Of a DNA stretch of 64,000 nucleotides, positions 21,654 through 32,100 are shown piece by piece. The DNA comes from Amoebophrya sp. A120 (lineage: Eukaryota > Protista > Dinoflagellata), in the NCBI GenBank assembly GCA_905178155.1, contig CAJINV010000004.1:752629-816628 (forward strand). The letters run 5' to 3'. How positions within the stretch are numbered: the stretch's first letter is position 1; each line of letters begins with the position of its first letter. The notes below the pieces were generated by a model that worked only from the letters and a program-made list of their open reading frames with translations, had not been told where the DNA came from and did no database searches. Position numbers and translations under genes: made by a program.

Positions 21654-24600
21654 TCATTTCTTCGCTGTCCCCGTCGGCATGCGACCACTAGGCATTGTTT
21701 TCGGGAGCGATGGCATCCGTCCGCTCGGACCGCCTGCTCCACGAGCAGTTGTACCAGAAGGCATGCGGCCACTTGATGTTGACGGCCCCGCCCTGCTGAA
21801 CATCACACTGTTTGAAGAAGGTGCGCGCCCAGACGAAGGCATGCGACCAGAAGGAGCGGCGCTTGCGAACACGCCGGGGGGTGGCTGCGTTTTGTTCCCC
21901 GCGAAGATTCCAGCCGTTCTACTGCTTGTTCCGGAAGATGCAGTTGACGTCGCGTTTCTGCCCCCGGCTGGTTGTAAAAGCATTCGGCTCGAATTCGAAG
22001 TTGACGACGGCATTAGCGGGACACTCTGAGACCCCGTCGCGATTGTCCTGGAAGCGGAGGGTTGTAGCAGTGTTCGTGATTTTATTGCTGGCCGGACGGG
22101 TGGTGCTGGAAGAAGCATCTTGACGTCCGTTTTGTTGTTATTTCTCCTACCCGTTATTTCTGCAGAAGAAGTGCTGGTTTTTTTAGCGGTAGATGGACCT
22201 GGTGGTGGTGGAGTAGGCTCTACTGCTCCACCTCGGTTCATTTTTCCAGTTTGCGTCTCGGCTTTCGCAACTTCTGTTGCCGCCGGAGCTGCCTCAGCCT
22301 CTGAAGATGCCGCAGAAGTGAAAGCTGGTTGCTGCGGAGCTTCGTCGAAAGGACGTGTTGGCGCTGTTTTACTTCCGTTCGTGGTTTTCTGAGCGACGTC
22401 GTGTTCCATCAGCGTTTTTTCTTTTTTCAGCCCAGTCGCGGCTTGTTGCGAGGAAAGCAGATGTTCTTGAACGGACGGCCGCGCTTTTCTCTTTTGGTCG
22501 GATGGCTTTGAAGATGGATCCCCGGGATGACCGCCGGCGGTTTCCATGTCCGAGAGTAGATCCGGTGCTTGCTTCGATAGTAGTTCATCTTCCTTTTCAG
22601 AATCCACCTCCTCGTTCTCCTCATTGTCGCTGTCGTTGAGTTTTTGATGCTTCGCTTTCGCCTTTGTTCTTACACCCAACCTCTTAGCAGGTGTAGTTCC
22701 GGCTCGGTTTTTTCTGCTTGTCGATTTCTTGCTTTCCACGACCTGGTGTTTCTCTGCGTCGTGGAGGTCTTCTTCGTCGATATCTCCTCGAGCTTTTGCA
22801 TCCATAATCCCCTCGCTTATTTCTCCTTCTCGTTCTCCTCGAAGCAGAGACCGCGCTCCAGTAGTAGATGTTGACCTCGTTGTTCGCGAGCCTGGCTTCT
22901 CGTACTCCTCTATGCTGCTCACACCGGAGCTCCCCAGCCCCCGTGCGTCCTTGACACTGAGAAAGATTCTGGCGAAAATGTTGTCTCGTTCCTGATGACG
23001 ACCATGATGTTGACCCACACCCGATTTGTTTTTTGCTTGAAGTATTTGCATGTTGCGCCTCTTCTTCATGCCTTGGGTACCCTGGTCTTCCAAGCCATCC
23101 AGTGAGAACGACATTTTGTCTTCCTCCTCCTCGTGCTGATCCTCTTCGTCGTCCTGCAGCTCCGGAATTTCCAGCCCCGGATGATCCGCATCTTTCACGT
23201 CGTCTTCACGCTCGCTATCACTTGTATCACCATCGTCCACCCCACTCATTTTTGATGCAGAGGCTTGCTTTGCTTTCTTAGATGACGACATGAAACTAGA
23301 ACGAGGCCCATTCTGCTGCTGCGGCCTTCCGGCCGCGGCAGGGGCAGCTGCTGCTGCTGGCGCTGAGGACAGCAGTAAAGCCCCCTCGCAGGAGGTGCTG
23401 TCAACAACCTTGTCTCTCTGCAAAACTCCCCCCAGCTTCTCTTCCTGCAAACTGTACAGCCACCCTTCGCCCAGCAAGTCGGCCTCCTTCTTCGCCTCTC
23501 TCTTCACCCGCTTCACGTTCCCGGCGTGGCGCGGGACGCCCTGCACCGGGGAGTAGGGGTTAATGACTCGTCTGCGCTTGTTTTTCCTCCTCCCACGTTT
23601 GTGGAGCGATGAAGAGGATAATCTTGATAGCCTTCTATTCCTCTTGAAAGCGGCGCCTGCTGCTCCGGGTGTCGCGGAGGGGTCGACGCTGAACAAATCC
23701 TCGTCTTCGGAATCGACAAACATGTCTTCACAATCTTCGTCAAAATCTTGTCCATTTCCATCAGAAGAACTGTTTGACGAAGTTGTTCCGCCTTCCTCTT
23801 CCTCGTCACTCGCCGCGCCGTTCCCCCTTCCGCCCCCCACCACGCCCAAATTGTTCCTTGTCCTTACTTTGGCGCGTTTTCCGTTTCTTCCGCGCTTCTT
23901 ACGAGAACCAGTGCCCTTCATTTTTGTCATCTTCCGCACCAAAGCCAGCATCTCCATCTCTTTCTCGCTCCGCTTCCGGACAAGTTGCATGTCGCCGCGC
24001 CAGTTCTTCCGCAGCAGCCCCGCCTCCTTCAGATCAGCGATGGTTGGAAACAGAAAACTCTTGTTTCCCAACTCCCGCTTGTAGACAGACAGCGCCGCCT
24101 CCAGCAGTTTCGCTTTCGTTTGTCGCTGCAGGCGTAATACTTTACAACGCTGCCGGTTCATCCTAAGTGTACCGCGAGCTTGTCGTGCTTTTTTGGATGT
24201 TGAGTCGTGCTGCTCACCAAGAACTTCAGCACCACAGCCCTGATCCTCCTCGTCCGAGGAGGATACCAAATTGTCCAGAAGTTCGACTAGACTGACGTCC
24301 CGTATACAGTCACGGATTTTCTTGTCGCGATTAGTCGAGTCGCTGTTCTTGTAGGGATCGTAGGCTGGTGATGCATTATCGTAAAAATATCCGGATCCAT
24401 CATCTTCGATGATTTCTTCTAAACTGTGGAGCAGCTTCATGACCTCCTCTTCAGCTTCACCGTCGTGGTCTTCCTCCACGGTGGTCTCGTCCGTTGTTTT
24501 CTTCGTCGGGTAGTTGCTCACATCATCCTCCTCGTCCTTTGCTTTCACCTTCTTGTTTCTCCGCAAGCGCTTACCCGGCGTTTCCTTGCATCTAAATCTT

Positions 24601-27600
24601 TTCGACGCTCTACTACAACCTGCTGGGAACAAGCGTTCCAGCTCTTCGCTCTGCTCAGGTGAGGACGCCCCCGGAGCTGCCTGCCAACTACTATCCTTCG
24701 ACGCCGCTGCGGCGCCATTCCCGGACGAGGAGTCCTTTGTGATCTTTGCTGCACTTCTTTTCGCGGCCAAAAACCGCCGAATCCCCGCCGCCAGAACGTT
24801 TAACCTCGTTAAGGGAACAGCTCGCGCGGCTAATTTCGCCAAAGGGTCGACATCTTCTATTTCGTGGGCGACGGCAACTTCTGTTGTATCGTCCTCTTCA
24901 TCGAAGGTCGTGCTGGAGCTTCCTACTACGCCGGCGAGACTTTTGCTTGTGGTCTCACCATTGGCATTGTTTTTTTGCACTTCTTTCACCTCCTCGTCGC
25001 CACTTTGCTTTATTTCGGGCTGCTGAATCACATCGACGTCCTCCACCTCACAATCGCTGAAGGCAAGCCCAAGTCCGCCGTCAGTTCCGTTAGCTCCTTT
25101 TGTATGCCGCTTCATAGTCCCAGCATCAGGATGAATTTGAATAGCATCTTGTGCATGAGCCTCGTGGTCATGAACTTGTCGAAAATACTCCTCGCATTCG
25201 TCCATGAGATCGATCTGCTCCAACTTTTCCCATTCCGCCATGCAATCCAAATTTCGCGCGACGGCCACGGAAAAGTCGCGGGCGGCAGACGGCAGGGGCC
25301 GCTTTTGGTCCTTGTCCTCCTTCTTTTTCTGCGACAAAAATTCCGCCGCGGCAGGACGCTTGTTGATCGTGCTGTGCTCCAGCAAGAAACTGGTGGAGTT
25401 GTCCTTGTTGAAGTCGACTATGTCCATTTCGACGCTCTTTTCGGAGATTTTTTCGTCTTTTCCTGCTTCGACGACGTCCTCTGTAGTTTCGTCTCTCGTT
25501 GTTGTCGCATGATGAGCGAGATAGTTTCGGTTTCCCTCCGCGACAGAAGAAGATTCCGCTGTTCTTGGATAAAATCTGTCCTCTACTCCTCCTCGCGGTA
25601 TCGAAAACGTGGTCTCCGCGAGAGTCTGGTACTTGGAGAGACAGACAGGCGAAAACCCAGATCGAGCAAGATGAGCCTGATCAGCCCCGTCGTCCTCGTC
25701 GTCCCAGCCCCACGAGAACCGCCCGGCCCTGGACCCATCTCCTCGCGGGCGGAAGTCCACGCCCGCACAGTACTCCCACCACGAGGTTTCCAGGGGATAG
25801 AACTCCGATCTCTGCGCGTCGAAGGGCAGGAAATGCGTGCAGTGCTCGGAAAAGATGGACAGGAGGCTGAGGTTCGAATTCATCGCGTAGTTGTTCTTGC
25901 TGCAGCTCATCCCGTAGTAGCGCATGCCATCCATCGGCTTCAGACTCCCGGGCAGCTTCCGCGACCCGAACCAGTTCCGCGGCTTGCCGCCCTCACAGGA
26001 GAGGTGCGAGCTCAGCAACGTCGGCAACCGGAGCGAAAAAACCGGACATTTCCGGTACCGGGCGTCTAGGACCCGCACCGTGTTCCCGCACCCCAGCGGG
26101 TCGTACCCGGTGGACTGCATTTTGCACGAGGAGAGGATGGCGTAGTACTGGCCGAACAGGGGCTCGAGGTTCAAAATCGTCTCGTTACTCGTCCGCGAGC
26201 TCAGCTGCGGGCCGGACCGCGCGTTCTGCAAGGCGTCGCCGCCAAACACGGTGTTGGGGTAGAAGTGACTGACGATGTTCTCCCGGCGATCCAGGTGGAA
26301 CAGCCCGCCCTTCTCCCTACTCGAACTGCTGGCGACGAGGAGCAAATTCTCGCCGGAACTCGTCGCCCCACAGCCGAAATTGGTAAAGCAGCCCTTGTTG
26401 AAATTCGACTGCCAATTCTGCGGGTGCTCAAGGAGGAGCGCGTTGGCTGGGGAAGAAGATTTTTTAGAAGATGCGCTCAAAGTAGACGACCCCGTACTAC
26501 AACTACCACTATACCCGTGCAGAATTTTCTTCCCCACGTCAAGCAGCCCGAATCTACTGACCGACACCACGCCGAGCGTCGTTTCGCCATTCTTGTCGGC
26601 GATCAGGGTGTGCTTTTCGGCGTAACTCGAGGTTGCAGACGTCCCGCACTGGATCGACGTGTGGCCGAGAAGGGAACAGACGCTGGGATTCTTTTCTGAA
26701 CTCGTCCTTGTTCTATTTCGCGGGCGATAATTTTTGCGGTTTCTTTTCGAATCAACATCGTAGTCCACATCTTCATCGTCGCTCAATGTAGTTCTGCTTG
26801 AAAATAACCCAGCTTCATCTTCAGCATGATCTACATCTCCTATATCTTGGTCAGCGGTAGTACTTGAACTTGAACTGACTGCCAGAACCGCGACCTGCCC
26901 TTCGTTGGTCTTGCAGCAGACGGTGTCGATTGCACCGGGTTGGGTGGAGAACGCGCGGCATTTTTCGATTTGCTGGATGAAGCCGAACGGGTTTTTCTGA
27001 CTGAAAGTTTTCTGCTGGTGCAGCTCGAGGTGCTGTAAAGGGTGGTGCTGTAGAGAGTGAAGAGCGCTGGAGGTTCCTCTTGTTTTCCTACTGGAGAGGT
27101 AAGATCCACTGTTGTTCTGGTGCGCGGATGTTTGCTGCTGTTCCTGTCCACCGTGATTATGCGCCGGAGTAATGCTGCCATCGATTTCAAGATGTTGAGA
27201 ATGACCGTTCTCCTCGTAGTTCCCTGTGATTATATCGGGATCGTCCCCGAATACTTGTTGTCCGGATGAAAACACGTTTTCGATTTCCCCGCCCGCCACA
27301 GCTGGTGTGAAAGACGGGTTGACACTGATTTCCTGGTGGTCTTGTTGGACAAGATTTTCGCCACTGTAGAAGCCAGAATTTGACGTCGTGGTCCCGTTTA
27401 CGTCAAACCGCCCCCGTGGGTCGTTTGCAAAATAGTGGTAGTACGAGTTGTTGTCTATGTCTCCCGTTTCCTCGTCCACCCGCTTCAAATTTGGAAATAG
27501 CGGACCCGTTTCCATGACTTTGGAATCATGGTGCTGCGACGAGGTCGACGAAGACGAGCCGCCATTTTGCGAACAGCGAAATCTGACGGCGATCCCCGTG

Positions 27601-27953
27601 CCGGTGTTCCAAGCATCAAATCCGGTGCCGCAAACCACCTGTGAGCCGTCGCAGTCAAAATCCCGGGCGAGCAGGTTGTAGCTGAAATTCAGCTCCGGCG
27701 TGGCCGTGTTTTCGTACAGGACCCGGTCGTGGACTGGCCTCAAATCCAGCTTCCGCCGCGTGAAAGCAAACTCCGCGCCGCCGACAGTGCGCCGGGGGCC
27801 GAAATGAGAATGACGGCCGGAATAAAGATCCTTGTGCCCAGAGGAGGGATCGAGATGCGCTCGAGATGTGCTCGAGCTGCGCGCGTGGCCGTTGTCGTAC
27901 TGCCCCATCATTCTGGCAACATCAGCTTGCTTCAAGATGAAATAGAAATGCAA
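21654..27953 (-). CDS. ~2100-aa protein: predicted globular N-half, acidic/basic low-complexity C-half, C-terminal SGRMPS repeats; true start uncertain
   Basis: Uninterrupted 6.3-kb ORF with K/R clusters resembling NLSs. VRVLDARYRKCPVFSL weakly recalls beta-propeller blades of the RRN6/TAF1C type (unverified). Confidence 0.8.
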   Translation of the reverse strand: MHFYFILKQADVARMMGQYDNGHARSSSTSRAHLDPSSGHKDLYSGRHSHFGPRRTVGGAEFAFTRRKLDLRPVHDRVLYENTATPELNFSYNLLARDFDCDGSQVVCGTGFDAWNTGTGIAVRFRCSQNGGSSSSTSSQHHDSKVMETGPLFPNLKRVDEETGDIDNNSYYHYFANDPRGRFDVNGTTTSNSGFYSGENLVQQDHQEISVNPSFTPAVAGGEIENVFSSGQQVFGDDPDIITGNYEENGHSQHLEIDGSITPAHNHGGQEQQQTSAHQNNSGSYLSSRKTRGTSSALHSLQHHPLQHLELHQQKTFSQKNPFGFIQQIEKCRAFSTQPGAIDTVCCKTNEGQVAVLAVSSSSSTTADQDIGDVDHAEDEAGLFSSRTTLSDDEDVDYDVDSKRNRKNYRPRNRTRTSSEKNPSVCSLLGHTSIQCGTSATSSYAEKHTLIADKNGETTLGVVSVSRFGLLDVGKKILHGYSGSCSTGSSTLSASSKKSSSPANALLLEHPQNWQSNFNKGCFTNFGCGATSSGENLLLVASSSSREKGGLFHLDRRENIVSHFYPNTVFGGDALQNARSGPQLSSRTSNETILNLEPLFGQYYAILSSCKMQSTGYDPLGCGNTVRVLDARYRKCPVFSLRLPTLLSSHLSCEGGKPRNWFGSRKLPGSLKPMDGMRYYGMSCSKNNYAMNSNLSLLSIFSEHCTHFLPFDAQRSEFYPLETSWWEYCAGVDFRPRGDGSRAGRFSWGWDDEDDGADQAHLARSGFSPVCLSKYQTLAETTFSIPRGGVEDRFYPRTAESSSVAEGNRNYLAHHATTTRDETTEDVVEAGKDEKISEKSVEMDIVDFNKDNSTSFLLEHSTINKRPAAAEFLSQKKKEDKDQKRPLPSAARDFSVAVARNLDCMAEWEKLEQIDLMDECEEYFRQVHDHEAHAQDAIQIHPDAGTMKRHTKGANGTDGGLGLAFSDCEVEDVDVIQQPEIKQSGDEEVKEVQKNNANGETTSKSLAGVVGSSSTTFDEEDDTTEVAVAHEIEDVDPLAKLAARAVPLTRLNVLAAGIRRFLAAKRSAAKITKDSSSGNGAAAASKDSSWQAAPGASSPEQSEELERLFPAGCSRASKRFRCKETPGKRLRRNKKVKAKDEEDDVSNYPTKKTTDETTVEEDHDGEAEEEVMKLLHSLEEIIEDDGSGYFYDNASPAYDPYKNSDSTNRDKKIRDCIRDVSLVELLDNLVSSSDEEDQGCGAEVLGEQHDSTSKKARQARGTLRMNRQRCKVLRLQRQTKAKLLEAALSVYKRELGNKSFLFPTIADLKEAGLLRKNWRGDMQLVRKRSEKEMEMLALVRKMTKMKGTGSRKKRGRNGKRAKVRTRNNLGVVGGGRGNGAASDEEEEGGTTSSNSSSDGNGQDFDEDCEDMFVDSEDEDLFSVDPSATPGAAGAAFKRNRRLSRLSSSSLHKRGRRKNKRRRVINPYSPVQGVPRHAGNVKRVKREAKKEADLLGEGWLYSLQEEKLGGVLQRDKVVDSTSCEGALLLSSAPAAAAAPAAAGRPQQQNGPRSSFMSSSKKAKQASASKMSGVDDGDTSDSEREDDVKDADHPGLEIPELQDDEEDQHEEEEDKMSFSLDGLEDQGTQGMKKRRNMQILQAKNKSGVGQHHGRHQERDNIFARIFLSVKDARGLGSSGVSSIEEYEKPGSRTTRSTSTTGARSLLRGEREGEISEGIMDAKARGDIDEEDLHDAEKHQVVESKKSTSRKNRAGTTPAKRLGVRTKAKAKHQKLNDSDNEENEEVDSEKEDELLSKQAPDLLSDMETAGGHPGDPSSKPSDQKRKARPSVQEHLLSSQQAATGLKKEKTLMEHDVAQKTTNGSKTAPTRPFDEAPQQPAFTSAASSEAEAAPAATEVAKAETQTGKMNRGGAVEPTPPPPGPSTAKKTSTSSAEITGRRNNNKTDVKMLLPAPPVRPAIKSRTLLQPSASRTIATGSQSVPLMPSSTSNSSRMLLQPAGGRNATSTASSGTSSRTAGIFAGNKTQPPPGVFASAAPSGRMPSSGRAPSSNSVMFSRAGPSTSSGRMPSGTTARGAGGPSGRMPSLPKTMPSGRMPTGTAKK

Positions 27954-29128
27954 ATGATATCAAGCCCATTGCACCAGATCATCAACACCATGCCGACATG
28001 CATGACGAGTTTAGAGTGGGTGAGCAAGCTTACGGACGGCTTAGTATGTCTTTTTAGAATCGGTAGAAGATGTAGACCAACAACAGAAATCGAAATAAAC
28101 AAGGACCAAAAAAGAGCAAGATGAAGGGGAGACCAAGAACTATAGTAGAATTATTATATCTCTTTTTCTTGCTTCTCCAATGCTATCAAACATGTCTCGT
28201 CCACTACGTACCCTGAACAGGTATTACGACTTGAGATCACTAGCGAGACAATACTACCGGAAACCTGCGAAGAAGAGAAAAAAGAGGAGCTAGGACGATG
28301 TGGACCAACAGCCGAGTGGTGCCACGTACAATTTCATCACTTGTTGAGCGACGTCTTATGTACTTATGTGGTCATTTCGGAAACTTCTAGAACCAACTAC
28401 AGGATCAATATCATTTTGAAGACAGTTCGATATGCCGCACCGAATTTAGATTCTGATCAACTTTTCACAGGAGAAAAACCCAATACAACAGCAGACAGAG
28501 CCAGAATATGAAGCACATAGATCCTTCTATTTTGTTATTTTCATGATCTGCGATCCTGCACCAGCAGCAGTTCGAGGGGATCTTTGAAAAATCGCACTGA
28601 TTCCGATCATGGAGCCTGAATTTCAATTCATCATGCAACGCGACAAGAAACTACATCAATCTCCTTCCATTCGTCGAAATTCACAGACATTTAAACCGAA
28701 AAAAACGAGTATGAGCTTGTGAAAAGGCGGAAACTATACTATGAAGAGGCGGATGAAAGCCACAACGCACAGCACCCTCCTTGTAAGTGCAGCGACAACA
28801 ATATCAATAGGCAGGAATAGCCCTCCAACATGATACTGAAAGTGCTAAGCCTGCTGCAAGTGCGAACAGGAACTATAGCCAATTTCATATGGGAGCGGTC
28901 GTCGTTAAAATGTTATTTCTCGTGATACAACAGCCACGACATATTACAATTAGAACTAACTACACAACTCATACGCACAGCCCGTGCACCTGCAAGGCTG
29001 TCCTCAACGACCCTACACAGCAATGCTTCGCCCTTCGCTATACAGAATATACATACTTAAGGTCGCGGCTAGCACCGAATCAAAACTGACATTGTTTATC
29101 ACAGCCACGATACGGCTGGAATTTATTT

Positions 29129-32100
29129 TCAGAAAAGCAGCTCGGTAACTCTTAGCAAGTGAGCATTGCACGTCTGTGCAGTTCCTGATGAGTCGCGCGA
29201 GGAATGATCATCAATTAGGCTCCGTACCAAATCAGTTGCGTCTCGAAAGAGGCGAACAAACACTGTGGATTTAGCTGTTACGGCAGTCCGGTTTGCACTT
29301 GATTCCTCGTCAACGCCAAGTAGCCCCTGGCCTGGTGTGATTGCCCCGCCCGCACCGTCTGCAAAGATTTTCTCCTCTTCATCATCTAGCTCCAACAGGA
29401 AGCAAGCCCTTCTGTTCTCCGTGCTCAGGATCTCAAATTTCCGTGTTCTTCGCGCATTTTCCATAGCAGCCAGAAACTTGACCAGCTGCGCAATGCTGTC
29501 TGCCTCGCACAAAAAGTAGCGAAGACCACGCGGGTTGTCTTTAGAGGACGAGGTGTTCTTGGGCGGTAGAAGTAGAGGTGCAGCTTGTTCAGAAGCACCA
29601 GGAGGAGCTCTTCCACTTATTGCACTGGTGCTACAACTTGCTGCGTCTGCCGCGTTCAACAGATGCTTGTGGAGCTGCTGGTCGCTTTTTTGCTCTCGGG
29701 TCGCGTGGTTGGACCCGGGAACGACCATCAACTCGCTTTCTTGCACCTCCAATTTCTCCTCTTGCTCCCCGACGGTAAAAAGCGTGACCCCTTGATCTTG
29801 GCTGATGCAACAAAACTGCCAGTCGTCAATTCTCCGAATGCACTGACACACATGATTCGTCGTGTTATTCATTCGTTGCGCAGATGAAGTATCTTCCCAG
29901 GCCCACCTGCCGCCACGGCTGACATTCTGGTACACCTCCAGCAACTGCCGTTTTCGTAGGTCGTACAGCTCCAGAGAGCCATCGCCCCGTCCCGCGACCA
30001 ACAGTGTTTCTCGTAGTACGCAGAGGCTCAAGACGCGAGACCGGCTTTGATGAGATGGGCTCGTCCTCGCGTTGGTGTCCAGAAGCTCCGACATGAAGGA
30101 CAAACTTCCGTTCAGAACGCGCCAAAGCTTTATCTTCCCGGACTCGTCGCCCGTCACAAAGATGTCCTCGATAGCCTGCGTTGCGGTCGTCTGTTGCATC
30201 GCAGGCGTCGTGGTCGGCACCTGGTTGATGTGGCTGTGCATTGTCAAAGAGACTGAACCTCCTGGAGCAGGTGCTGAGGAACTACTGCTTTCCCCGCCCC
30301 CGGGTAACTCTCCTGTGGACGAGGAGGTGGACGGCTCAGAAGCGAGGTTGTGGCTGGTCTCGTTTTTTTTCTCGTGTAGGTCTCGGTTTATTTTTCCGCC
30401 CGATACCGCCTGCGCCGTCGTGATATCAGTACTACTAGTCTCTTCCTCGACTACACTTCTGGGGGTCAGCAATTTGTGATCTTCCTCGGTTTCGACGTCT
30501 ATCATGTTTTTTTGCTGCCCGTACTCTGCAAGAGCATCTTCACCGTGTAAGAGAAATCCGCTTTTCTGCTCTACCATCTCTTCTACTATGCTCAGGCGAA
30601 ATTCCGGGTGGGAGGGAGCCTTGGCAAGCTCTCCAGCACCAAGGGTCGTGGTGGATACGACATTGCCATTGTTCGTCCCCACGACGCGCTGCCTGGCGGT
30701 GGCTGAAACCGGGCTCGTGGTTCCGTCTAAAATGAACTTTTTGCTCGTAATATTTTTCGTAATAATCGCGTCAGCTCTTGTTTTCGTTTTACTACCCGAA
30801 GACGTAGCTGCGGAAACGGCGTTGTTTCCGAGTACGCCCTTTGATATTGTGCAACTGATGAAGTTGCCGCTCTTGTTTTGCTGGTCGCAATGGTTCTCTT
30901 TCTCATCGTGTAGAGCAGCGGAGCCACCTAGTACACCGCCTTGTTGTTGTTCAACATCTCCCTCCTCCATCGTCCCACCTGTACAAGTATAGGAGTCAAA
31001 ACACCCCTCGTCTGTGAACCGCCTTGTTACCAGCTTGTTTCGCCCGCGATGAAGACAATTTGATGTTGCAGCTGTGTTTTTCTTTTTCAGATTGACGCAC
31101 ACCGCCGCGCTGTAGATGGGTCCGTCGCGGCCCTGCAACTCGTCCCGACAGGCAAAGGTCTGCCCGTTCTCCGCCACGTAGTGCACCTTCAAAACCCCGT
31201 CCCCCCCGACCGACAGCGCCATTTTGTTGTGCGGAAGGTAGCACACCTGGTACACGCAGCTCCGGTGCTGCGCGATGAACCGCAACTGCTGGCAGTCCTT
31301 CGGGAGCTGTGCAGGAGGAACTACACCAGCGCCGCCCCCGGTAACTTTGTTTGCTGTTGTAGTTCTCCGCTGCGAGGTCGTCGCTGCTCCTCGTCGCAAC
31401 CCCTGCAAACCGGGCGGGCTCGCGGTGGAATAAGGGGAAGACGCGATTTCGGACACGGTCTTCTGCAGAAGGAAACTGCAGTCCTCGTCAAGGGAGGGAA
31501 GTTCTTGTGTTAAACCAGGTACATTACCGAGTTGTGATGTCTGTGTCGACGGAGCCTGGGGTGATGAAAATACTCCTGGATCCGCCGTAACTTCTTGTGC
31601 TCCACTTGTCGTGCTTGTTTCGCCTGTGTTCGTTTGATGCGTCGAAGTAGATCCACCACCACCACCACCACTACCAGATGGGGCGACGATCCCTTTGAGC
31701 TGCGGAGAGTCAAAATTGTACGTCGGGAGTAGCGGCACGTCAACATCAAGAGCGGGGGTAGTATTCGAGAGCATGAAGAAGTTGCTTTTATTTAATGTGG
31801 TCCACAGAGGATAGCACTTCCGCAAGTCCTCGGTTCTACTCGTTGGACAAGGCAGCGTAAAAAAGCGTATGGTGTTCGAACGCTGCGTATGAAGTGCAAA
31901 TAGAATGTCTGGGTCTGGTAGAAGGATGCAAAGTTTGTCATGCTCGGCCAGCATGTCGATGTCTCTCAAGCCTGTCATGCACGTTACCCAAGCTGCGCCC
32001 CAGTTTTATTCTGTCATGCAGAACCAGAAGCGCAATTTGCCATACAGAACAGACAACACGACCTAGCAGCTCACAAACTTGCCATGCCGCGTGGCCGCCA

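Noticed and set aside
21571-22029. Plus-strand ORF with GMRP repeats (SmB-like)
   Set aside because: Antisense shadow of the SGRMPS repeats of the long minus-strand ORF; no Sm domain.
24864-26069. 401-aa plus-strand ORF and other long plus-strand ORFs
   Set aside because: Antisense to long GC-rich minus-strand exons; no recognisable motifs.
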